64,000 nucleotides of DNA. Source: Octopus sinensis (taxonomy: Eukaryota). Below, piece after piece: positions 11,701-32,185 of the stretch. Both the position numbers and the translations under genes were made by a program. The notes beneath the pieces were generated by a model. The model worked only from the letters and a program-made list of their open reading frames with translations. It was not told where the DNA came from and searched no databases. Where the stretch lies: positions 28,023,360-28,087,359 of the forward strand of contig NC_043019.1 of NCBI RefSeq assembly GCF_006345805.1, read 5' to 3'. Position 1 is the stretch's first letter, and each line of letters opens with the position of its first letter.

Positions 11701-13301
11701 GAAAGGTAAAGTCGACCTAGGCAGAATTTGAACTCAGAACGTAGCGACGGGTGAAATACCTATTTCTTTACTACCCATAAGGGGCTAAACACAGACAGGA
11801 CAAACGGATTAAGTCGATTATATCGACCCCAGTGCGTAACTGGTACTTATTTAATCGGCCCCGAAAGGGTGTAAGGCAAAGTCGACGTCGGTGGAATTTG
11901 AACTCAGAACGTAGCGGCAGACGAAATACTGCCAAGCATTTCGCCCGGCGTGCTAACGTTTCTGCCAGCTCGCCGCCTTAATAATAATAATAGGTAATTG
12001 TTCAGTATGCTTATATTGAACAAGAAACACTGCAAGGCATTACGACGTTCCGCTAATCCACCATGTTTAGACAATGGAAATAAATTTTGAAGCCATTAAA
12101 CTCAATGTAAGACTAGTCCTTTATTTCCTCGTGCTCGGAGGGGTCTGAACACAAAACCACGATGAGTGTTACAGAATGGTCCTATATGCCAGACAAGTAA
12201 ACGGTAAAATACAAATGTCACTGATATTTTGTTTCTTATGGTCTGTAAAGGCATGAGCGTCACAACACGTTCTCTTCTTCCTCTAATGTCGCAGGCGATA
12301 AACCATCTAGAATTTACTTTAATCAATTCAAGTAACTGTTGATTTGGATTAATACGAAGTGTGTTAGATACATCACAGATATAGCAACGTGCATTATTCA
12401 CATTATATAGCACACATACTTCCTATCTATGGCATCTTTCCCTATGATGAGGCCCCAACAACCGTGCGTGAATCATTCGATATATAGAGCTGCACAGAAA
12501 GAATAAAATTTACGTTTTATTTCCATTTTATTGATTATCGCAGTTTGCCGAGTGTCTTTGCATCTATATATATTTCTATATATATATGTATCATAAATGT
12601 AATAATTAAATTGTTATAAGCTTTGTGTTTCGTTAACACAATCCTCTTATCTGTGGAGAAATTGTCGAGCATGAAACCGGTGCGTGGTGCAAAAAAAATT
12701 GGGGGTTCCGCTGCTAAATGTTAAATCTAGTGATGGGACGCCTATGACAGCTTAGCAATGCGTCAATATCTACATACAAGGACATGTTCATACACATAGC
12801 TAACAGTACAAATGCAATAACGTGCTTTTTGATTATAATTGATATTATAATAGTCCTTAATATACTTATAATTGGGCGGTATACGGAATGGTATTAAGCC
12901 AAGACCATTAATAGAAAATTACTTTGTTCTGTAGTACGGAGAAATTTTAAAACAATAAACCTATGAAATGTAATTTTTAAAGTTCATACTTGAATATTTA
13001 TTTTTAAAATATCGACTACAACAAACAGAGAGATAGTATATAATTATATTTTAATTTATTTCAAAGGCAGGAATCTTCTAGAAAGCTCACACGTGAGACG
13101 GGGGGGATACCATGTGGAGGAGATCGGTTAGAGAGATAGAAAAGCAATGGCAATGCAGCTAGAACGAAGACAACGACACGATTAACTGAGGAAAGTTAGA
13201 ACACAATATAATTGAAAGAATTAGTTACCATTTTGAGTTCGAACTGTCTGACCAGAGGTTCTATCGCCGCCGACAGTCAAAGGTGCAGCAGTATCAGCCA
13301 T
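458..13301 (-). CDS. TCP1: T-complex protein 1 subunit alpha (CCT1), coding exons 1-7; gene continues beyond the left edge
   Basis: join(13229-13301,10367-10452,8635-8763,6736-6833,3674-3784,1852-2033,458-584), all GT-AG with consistent phases. Reads [76 protein letters not shown]...GDGTSSV...NAKIACLDF, the CCT-alpha N-terminal half. Confidence 0.98.
773..996. mobile_element. MITE family D (piggyBac-type TTAA-CCCT...GGG-TTAA, about 220 bp)
   Basis: TIR ccctttagca/tgctaa(a/t)ggg inside TTAA. Further copies near 1526,3416,6495,9290,11064,30960,32540,42148,47704 (interrupted by a SINE) and 54411. Confidence 0.8.
1852..2033 (-). CDS. TCP1: TCP1 exon 6
   Basis: caccag|[60 protein letters not shown]|gtgagt, 182 nt. 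Confidence 0.97.
2034..3673 (-). other. U12-type (minor spliceosome) GT-AG intron, TCP1 intron 5
   Basis: 5' splice site GTATCCTT (3673-3666). Branch site TTCCTTAAC (2052-2044), 10 nt from the 3' end of the intron; no polypyrimidine tract. Confidence 0.93.
3090..3347 (+). mobile_element. RTE-type LINE 3' fragment with (GAT)n tail
   Basis: [25 protein letters not shown]...[13 protein letters not shown] then atgatgatgatga. Confidence 0.75.
3674..3784 (-). CDS. TCP1: TCP1 exon 5
   Basis: ttttcag|[36 protein letters not shown](A)|GTATCCTT, 111 nt. Confidence 0.97.
6736..6833 (-). CDS. TCP1: TCP1 exon 4
   Basis: tttcag|[32 protein letters not shown](K)|gtaagt, 98 nt. Confidence 0.97.
6925..7224 (+). 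mobile_element. SINE-like family A with (GAT)n tail
   Basis: Core agtggttggcgttaggaagggcatccagc. Copies at about 2359,3836,4250,5880,10720,14955,16735,19610,23160,24030,36900,43190,62570,63290. Source of the recurring ...LDALPNANH... pseudo-ORFs. Confidence 0.85.
8256..8484. mobile_element. MITE family E (TTAA-CCCTT...AAGGG-TTAA, about 230 bp)
   Basis: TTAA-flanked TIRs; further copies at 25979-26206, 26230-26458 and 61573-61802. Confidence 0.8.
8635..8763 (-). CDS. TCP1: TCP1 exon 3
   Basis: ctcag|[43 protein letters not shown]|gtaagt, 129 nt. Confidence 0.98.
9521..9975. mobile_element. Old AT-rich MITE-like repeat (second diverged copy about 34235-34720)
   Basis: Collinear similarity between the two loci (e.g. 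gtctgtttgatatttatt, accatgtatacagta, gaacatgattttat); ends tactggac/gtccagta. Confidence 0.6.
10367..10452 (-). CDS. TCP1: TCP1 exon 2
   Basis: tttcag|(V)[28 protein letters not shown]|gtaagt, 86 nt. Confidence 0.97.
13070..13095. promoter_or_regulatory. Heat-shock element plus E-box in TCP1 intron 1
   Basis: gGAAtcTTCtaGAAa (three perfect inverted nGAAn units, 13070-13084) followed by CACGTG (13090-13095). Confidence 0.55.
13229..13301 (-). CDS. TCP1: TCP1 coding exon 1
   Basis: ATG at 13301; [24 protein letters not shown]+G, donor GTAACT. Confidence 0.93.
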
Positions 13302-16300
13302 GATGACCAAACAGATATGTTGAAAGAGAGTTAATAGAAAATATGGAATCTTTAAAGTGTGAGGAGGAAAAAGAGAGAGAGTAAAGAAATATAAAGAGAT
13401 GGCGAAACGAAACCAGTATAAAGAAACTCGAAAGCCGAAAGAAAAAAAAGAAATCGGAATCACTTTAAATTTACATTAATTTTTTTTTAATTATGCAATT
13501 TTTAAAATTAAATTATTGCTTGTTTTAAAATGAATAAAAATTATATTAAAAAATAAAATATACAAATCATATACGGAGTGTTTGATTTTTTTTCTACGAT
13601 AGTTTGAATGTATTTTCATGGAAACCAGACTGATTCTTATAAAATCTGACTCATCCACCGGCATTTTGACTCTTTATTCTTTGATCTTATCACCCTAAAA
13701 CTATTTCTTTATATTTGGCTGTACGTTTTCGAATAGAACTCATGTTAAAAATGAAGAAATCTTTCTTTTATTGGTAATCTATAGCTTTAAATATTTGCAG
13801 TGACTATATGAACATATATACGATATATATTTATATATATATATTATGTATATTACACATGATAATTAATTATATATGTAATATAATAAATATCTGACAT
13901 CGGACGATCTCATCGGATTGTGTCACACCGTCCAACCCATGCCAGCATGGAAAATAGACGTTAAATGAAGATGTTATGCACACATACACACCCACACACT
14001 TATTTTGAATCTTATAACTTTCTAAGAAATACAGATTTTTTTTTTTTTTAACTAAATTTTGCAATTTACTTGTTTCATCATTAAACTGTGGCTATGCTGG
14101 GGCACTGCACTGAAGAATTTTTAGGCGAATAATCGAGTGCTTATTCTATCGATCTCTTTTGCTGAACCGCTAAGTTACGGGGACATAAACAAACCAACAT
14201 CAGTTGTCAAGTAGTAGTGGGGGACAAAGACATATATATACGATGGGCTTCTTTCAGTTTCCGTTTACCTAATCCAATGACAAGGTTTTGGTCTGCCCTA
14301 AAGTAGAAGATACCTAAGGTGTCACACAGTGGGACTGAACCCAGAACCATGTACTTGGGAAGCAAGCTTTTTATCATCAGCCATGCCTACACTTATATTC
14401 CTTTACTTGTTTCAGTCATTTGACGGCGGCTATGTTGGAGCATCACTTTTAAGGGGTTTTCGTAGTCAAAAAAATCAAGCCCAGGACTTATTCTTTGTAA
14501 GCCAAGTACTTATTTTGTTGATCTCTCTTGCCAAATCACTGAGTTACAGGGATGTAAACACACCAACGTCAGTTGTCAAGTGATGGTGGGGGGGACAAAG
14601 ACACATATAAATATATACATGAGCTGCTTTCAGTTTCCATCTACCAAATCCACTCACAAGGCTTTGGTCGGCCCAAGGCTACTGTAGAAGACATTTGCCC
14701 AAAGTGCCACGCAATTGGACTGAACCCAGAACCATGTGCTTGGGAAGCAAGCTTCTTATCATCAGCCATGCCTATAGCTGCAGTCATGCTGGGGCACCAC
14801 AAAAATTTATAAAAATAGCATACATTTTGGCAAATATGCAAATGAGAAATTTGTTTCACTTTATATTATTTTAAGGCAATAAATATTTTGCATATGAAAA
14901 TTAGTATTCATTTCATTATTTTGTGTAAACAGCAAGAAATTTGATTAGGGCAACATACTGTGCTTGAGGAGACCTATTGAGTCAAGTACATCAAAATCAA
15001 ATGGAAATTGTAGTTGTGATTCCCGTGCCATAAAAAGCACCATCTGATCATGGACAATGCCAGTACCACCTTGACTGGCTTCCGTGCCGGTGGCACGTAA
15101 ACAGCATTGACTGATTGTGGTCGTTGCCAGCCACCTCTGGCCCCTGTGCTGGTGGCACGTAAAAAGCAGCCACTACACTCTTGGAGTGGTTGGCATTAGG
15201 AAGGGCATCCAGTTGTAGAAACACTGCCAGATCAAACTAGAGCCTGGTGCAGCCTCCTGGCTTCCCAGACCCCTGTTGAACCGTCCAACCCATGCCAGCA
15301 TGGAAAACGGATGTTAAACGATTTTGATGGTGGTGATGATTATATTATAATTATTGCATATATTCCATATTTCCTGATATTATCTTTGGCAGAAGTATTC
15401 CTTCAAATTTACCCACCTTTTGTGAGATAACATTCTTGTATAACATATATGTGCAGACATGGGTGTGTAGTGAAGGAATTTGCTTCCCAGCTATATAGCT
15501 TCACGTTCAGTCCCACTGCATGACATCTTGGGCAAGTTTCTTCTACTAAAACCTCAAGTCAACAAAAGCCTTGTAACGGCTATATCTGTATGTGTGTGTC
15601 TTCATGCAATATATATATACATAAGGACCATTGTCATAGATGTGGTGCTCCTCCATTTCAAGTCTGCCAGAAAAAATGCACCCTGTATAATTTGTAAAGT
15701 AGTTGCTATTAAGAAGAGTACCCAACTTTCAAAACTGTGAGTTTGGAGCAAGATAGGGCCTTCTGACTCACCCAACTGATGCTGGCATGGAAAATGGACA
15801 TAAAATGATGATAATGATGATGACAACAACGAGGGTATATGCATTACTTGGATTACTTCATACCAGATCACCCTATTGCTGCATGATAGGGCTCTTTCTG
15901 TCCTTCATTCTATCGATTCTGGTGTTAAGTTTAAGATTTGTTGCCTACTCTCTTCTGTACACCAATGACTTACTTGAAACTACATCCAACAACATCCACT
16001 CTTATGCAGATGAAAACTATTGCATTTTATTTCCAACCACGATTCCATTCACAGAAACTTTGAAAACAGCCTCTATTGCAGAAATACCAATCTTCCAACA
16101 GCAAGAAAATTTGAATGCTACTCATATTAGCATCAAATTTTGACTTAAGGCCATTATTTTCCAGGGACGGGCTAAGTCAAATATATCAATCTCAGTGGTC
16201 AACTGGTACTTATTTTATCGACCCTGAAAGGATTAAAGGCAAAGTCAACCTTGAAATGCAACTCATATCAAACACTGTATCTTATGGTACACAAATCAAT

Positions 16301-17799
16301 GTAGTTTATAGTGTAAACATATGTAAACATTCAATATTTGTCACTATCTCTCCAAATCCTGCAGTATTTCACATGGAATTTTTGGTCTGCCAAAGTCATC
16401 TTGGTGTATAGGTTGATCTATCAGCCTTAATTGCAAATTTTGGTCTAAAATATTCAATTTGTATACTAGAACATGCAGTAAACACCATTACACCTTTTAA
16501 TCTTAATCAGTACTCAGCTCAATCCCACAAATTTACCCTACTTGTTGGCCCATCCTAAGTCAAGGATCTACCTTGGCAAAAGCACACCTGTAACATAACT
16601 ATAATTGCATTCAAATGAAGGGCCACTCATATGACTGGTAAATAAGATGAGAATCCCCTGAGGAGTAGTGTATGACTTGATAAAGGAACCTAAAATTTAA
16701 CCTAAATATCAGCAATCACAATCACCACCCTTGTCTTGCAAGTTACTTGGTGACCCTGCCTGTGCTGGTGCCACATAAAAAAGCATTCAGTCCACACTGT
16801 GAAGTGGTTGGCATTTGGAAGGGCATCCAGCTGTAAAAACCATACCAAAACTGACCTCGCCTGTGCTGGTGCTACATAGAAAGCATTCAGTTCACTCTGC
16901 CGGGTAGTTGGTGTTAGAAAGGGCATCCAGCCGTAAAAACCCTGCCGAAACAGACACAGTAGCCTGGTGTAGTATCCTACTTGCCCGACTCCTGTCAAAC
17001 CGTCCAACCGATGCCAGTATGGAAGGTGGACGTTAAAAGTTGATGATGATGGTGGTGGTGGTGGTGATGCAATTGAGTTTCAGGCAGCAGAAACGATTCC
17101 ATTGACAAATCAACACTGAGTTACCCTCGTATTTAAGAATGACAGAACAGCTTAAGTAGTGCCCGAATGCCAATTTACCCTCCATCATCTTGAAACGTTA
17201 GATCACTGAAATAAACGTTATGCTGAAAAGGTAGATGTCCCTGCAACTTGTCAGAAGTCCTAGGGTGTCATAGTAAAAAAAACAAAAACTCATTTAATGA
17301 GAACGATGCCCAAATCAAGCAATTCGTGAGCAGAAAGGGAATGACTTTCTCGAGCTTAGAAGCATAACAAGAATACTGAACATCAAAGAAAAATTTGCCA
17401 GCAAGCAAAGGCTGTAGCTGAGAACCAAAGACGTTCTGTGGAGAACAATTAGTAGACGGTTAAAGCACTTGAAATCTAGAAACTGGCCACAGAATAAACA
17501 ACTACGATGGTGTGAAAAGAAATATAAATTTCTCTAATTTGGGGAATTACTAAAATAAAGTAAGGGAGTGTTGTCTGGACACGAATCTGAAAGTCTGTAT
17601 CACTAATTCCGATACGTTTATTCTCAAGACCCGGACTATATATTTCTTGTAGACTTCGTAACTAATTCACCGGATGATTTCTGTCGACAAAAAAAAATGA
17701 GAATTAAAAGACACTATACATTATAGTAAATATAATATAAATTATTTAAATTTTATTTTATTTTAAATATACAACGAGACATATAAAATAATAATCGAG

Positions 17800-17950
17800 A
17801 GTTCGATATAGACCGGCTTACGGAAACAGCCGAAATAATATTGGTCGCGACACCCGGTAACATTTTCCGGAAGTTAAGCTATCCCAAAATCCCCGGTTCC
17901 ACTATGGTTATTTATTGCTGAATCACTCGTCAATCCCCAGGTTGTAAGTG
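17800..17950. promoter_or_regulatory. CpG-rich candidate promoter and non-coding first exon of PSMD14
   Basis: CpG cluster in an AT-rich background; ETS-type TTCCGGAAGT 17865-17874; ARE-like TGCTGAATCA 17916-17925; plus-strand donor GTAAGT at 17944 that could pair with the acceptor at 20382. Confidence 0.55.
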
Positions 17951-19939
17951 TCTTTAATCTTTTATTAATTTATCACGATAGTTTCATGGCTATCTCTGAC
18001 TTTTTGTTATATTATTATAGTTATGCATGTGGGTGTATTTTGGACTAATGGTTTATTGTGTATCGCCGTTCGTTCAGCTGACCGCACTGATGCACTCAAC
18101 CACATGTATTGAGTGCTCTTCTGCTTGTACATTAAATTGTATTTATTTACGTTGTTTACTAATTTGAGTCCCAAACCTGCCGGTTTTAGTTGACAGGGAA
18201 AGTAGATATAATCTATAAACCGGATTAATCACCCTCCTTTGCACATAAACTAGCTTCGTGCCTCATTGAAAAATTATTATTTATGTTGTTGCTTTTGCTT
18301 TATAAAAACTGTTTCGAGTGTGACACACAGACCCCCCCCCCCAAGCAACAGCAATTTAGACGTTTTTACTTATGATTAGCAATGATATCATGTAGGGAAA
18401 GTAGACCAGAATTTGAGAACTAAGATTCTGTTAAATTTGTAATATTTCAGTTTTCTAGTTAACAGTATTTTTCTTGCGATTTGGTCAGCACCATCAGGAA
18501 AAAAAATTTGAGTTTTGGCCATAATGTTCAACAGTGCCATTTGGTATTATACCCAAAGCTCCGATGACCAGATGTACATTTGTTCTTAGATGTCACATTT
18601 TAAAGATCTATTTCAAGGTCCTTGACAGAATCGTTAGCCCGCCGGTTAAAATGCCGCTAAGCATTTTGCCTGTCTCTGTGCCCAAGATTTGAAACCATTA
18701 GCATTGTTATTTAATGCGGCGAGCTGGCAGAATCATTAGCACGCCGGACGAAATGCTTAACGGAATTTCGTCCGTCTAAACGTTCTGAGTTGAAATTCCG
18801 CCGAGGTCGACTTTACTGTTTATCCTTTCGATGATGATTAAGTAAGTACCAGTTGAGCACTGGGGTCGATTTAATTGACTACAATCCTCCCCGCAAATTT
18901 TAGGTTTATTATTTTATTTTCAACATTCTGATTACTGGGTCTTCTTGGATTTGCCCACGTTACTGACTATGTATGTAACTGCTTCATTTAGCTATAGAAA
19001 GACATCACGCGATAGAAATCTGGAGAATTTTGTCTCTACGAAGAAATGAAGATTATGTGGGTGGGAAGTGTTAATTTCAGTGTGCGCATTAATTAAGCAA
19101 TTAGTCACTACAATTTACATATTAATAATGTTGTACGTCAGCTTTGAATCGTATTGGAACATTTGTTAGTGTGTCACAAGAATGATTGATAGACTCTGGT
19201 CGGGAGGCCTTCCCTATCCACATTTCTGTCTGTATGTCTTCTACTATAACCCCCAGATCGATCAAAGATTTGTGAGTGGATTTAGTGGACGGAAACTTAG
19301 AGAAGCTCGTCTGTATACCTTTGTCTTGATCACGTGATGGTTGAAAATTCTAAACGTGCATCATCGTCATACAAGCAATATTGTTCGTTTCCGGTCTTGT
19401 GGAAAATATGTCTGGTCTTTGGGAATATTGTCTTGCTGTGAAACAGATGAAGGTCTGCAACAGGAGGGTCTAGGGCTATTTGACCATACTAAAATCTGCC
19501 TCAGAAAATTCCCTCTGACCCACTAACCCATGCAAGGATGGGAAATTGAGTGTTCATGAATGTGTATGTCATGTGGCAGTGTTGTAGAAACCAGAAAAAC
19601 CTGATGATAATCATCATCATCATCGTTTAGTGTCCGCTTTCCATGCTAGCATGGGTTGGACGGTTCAACTGGGGTCTGTGAAGCCAGAAGGCTTGCACCA
19701 GGCCCAGTCTGATCTGGCAATGTTTCTACAGCTGGATGCCCTTCCTAACGTTAACCACTCCGTGAGTGTTGTGGGTGCTTTTTACGTGCCACCGGCACAG
19801 GTGCAAGGCGAGGCTGGCAAACGGCCACGGTCGGATGGTGCTTTTTACATGCCCTGTCTATATATATATATAAAGGTAAGATCCAAGGAAAATAGTAAGC
19901 TTTGAGCAAATTTCCCTAATTTTGGATATATATATATCA

Positions 19940-20012
19940 GGTTCCGTGGTGTAGTGGTTATCACGTCTGCTTAACACGCAGAAGGTCGCGAGTTCGAAAC
20001 TCGCCGGAACCT
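19940..20012 (+). tRNA. tRNA-Val, anticodon AAC, intronless
   Basis: Full cloverleaf: acceptor GGTTCCG/CGGAACC, anticodon stem TCTGC/GCAGA with loop TTAACAC, T-arm GCGAG-TTCGAAA-CTCGC, A and B boxes, TTTT terminator at 20021-20024. Confidence 0.9.
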
Positions 20013-20396
20013 CTCCACACTTTTAAATGGCGGTGCCCCAGCATGGCCAAAGCTCATGAGCTGAAACTAGAATCAATCAATCAATATATACGAGGGAGTG
20101 CTGAAAGTTCCTGGCTTTAGATAGAAGAAAATAGAGGAGCATCAGTTACGATTTTATTCAACATATGGCTACCACACCTTATATACAAGTGGGTGGGAAT
20201 AGGAAAGAAAGAGGTTCAAAATGACAAAAGTTACAATTTTAATGGATACCAGTAATTATGTGAAAATTCTTTCAATTTATTCTCTGCAACCAGTTGAAAG
20301 AAAGGTGCTAATTCCAATCTACAAAATGCCTGTGTTTTAGGGTTGTATTTTAATTTTCTTTTATATATATTTATTTTTCTAGATTAAAAAGCTATA

Positions 20397-30791
<10,395 letters not shown>

Positions 30792-30876
30792 TCAATGCAT
30801 TTTTTTTTTGATTATTTTTATCTTGTCTTTTTTTTCAATATTTTGGCCACTTCCCCATTGTTTTTAACCCTTAAAC

Positions 30877-30882
30877 AATAAA
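30877..30882 (+). terminator. candidate PSMD14 polyadenylation signal
   Basis: AATAAA 86 nt after the stop codon; a second one at 31154-31159. Confidence 0.5.
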
Positions 30883-31263
30883 TAATAATAATAATACTGT
30901 TTATGCCTAACTTTGTTTTATTTTCAAAGAATTCCTAAGAATGGTTTACTCTTCCAAGTGTATGCTAGTTTTTGAATTAATCTTGCATTAACTTGTAGCT
31001 TCAAGATTTCGATGTGATTGTTTAGTTTTCGAAGGATATTGTAGAGTAGGTTTGAGAAACTGGATCTGACAAGTTTGAACATGGAATAGACGGACTATTT
31101 GGTCTGGATATGGCCAGTTTTATTGCTAAAGGATTAAAAAAAGAAATACATAAAATAAATACAGTAAAGAAAGAGTTAGCGTAACATCAATAATCAGATT
31201 TGAACTCTAGGCTGTAACTTTTGATCTGATGTCCTACAAATTATATAGCAATTATTTCTAAGT

Positions 31264-31598
31264 GAAGGCGCATGGCTCAGTGGTTAGAGCGTCGAGCTTA
31301 CGATCGTGAGGTTGTGAGCTCGAATCCCGGACCGGGCTGCGTGTTGTGTTCTTGAGCAAGGCACTTTATTTCACGTTGCTCCAGTTCACTCAGCTGTAGA
31401 AATGAGTTGCAACGTCACTGGTGCCAAGCTGTATCGACCTTTGTCTTTCCCTTGGATAACACTGGTGGCGTGGAGAGGGGAGGCTGGTATGCATGGGCGA
31501 CTGCTGGTCTTCCATAAAACAACCTTGCCCGGACTTGTGTCTAGGAGGGTAACTTTCTAGGTGCAATCCCATGGTCATTCATGACCGAAGGGGGTCTT
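31264..31598 (+). mobile_element. tRNA-derived SINE (family F), full length, between PSMD14 and BLOC1S5
   Basis: A box TGGCTCAGTGG, B-box-like GCTCGAATCC; 11-bp TSD tatttctaagt (31253-31263 / 31599-31609); relatives at about 7226 and 47857. Confidence 0.85.
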
Positions 31599-32047
31599 TA
31601 TTTCTAAGTTGTTTCTACTTAAGGCACAAGCACAAGTTCTGGAAGTTTGTCAATTAAATTGACCCAAATACTTAACTGGTATTTTATCGACATTGAAGGG
31701 ACAAGAGTCAAAGTTGACCTTGGCAGGACTTGAACTCAGACCATAGGCAGAAGAAATATACAAAGCATTATGTCCAATGCTCTAATGAGTCGGCCAATCC
31801 ACTATCTTTATCAAGAACAACAAAGAGAAACTTAAATCAAGAACAATTTTTATAAACATCAATTTTTAACAAACTTGGAACAGTATAAATAACAATGTGG
31901 GAAGGTGGGGGTGATTAATTTTCTCTGGGGTAAAATTGGGAGGGTGGGGTTAAGGGGGCAGACTTCAGTTTGAAGTATTTGGTCCCACCATATGACCAGT
32001 GTATATTTCTGAAAATTGTTCTTTTACATGGTTTTGGAGTTAGCAAT

Positions 32048-32185
32048 TTACCTAAGGGCAGATTTTATTTTGCTCAGTTCAGTCTCAAACATTTGGTCGA
32101 CTTCAGCACTTCTTTTACATTGTTCCGTCATAAAGTCCGTCCATTCTTTTGACCGCTGTTGACGGCATTCGTCAAGGTAGTCTGT
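32048..32185 (-). CDS. BLOC1S5: BLOC1S5 last coding exon
   Basis: strong pyrimidine tract+aacag|TDYLDECRQQRSKEWTDFMTEQCKRSAEVDQMFETELSKIKSALR*. Confidence 0.92.
   Translation of the reverse strand, partial: TDYLDECRQQRSKEWTDFMTEQCKRSAEVDQMFETELSKIKSALR

Noticed and set aside
31264-31340. tRNA gene
   Set aside because: The tRNA-like head has no closed acceptor stem, continues into a SINE body and is flanked by a TSD.
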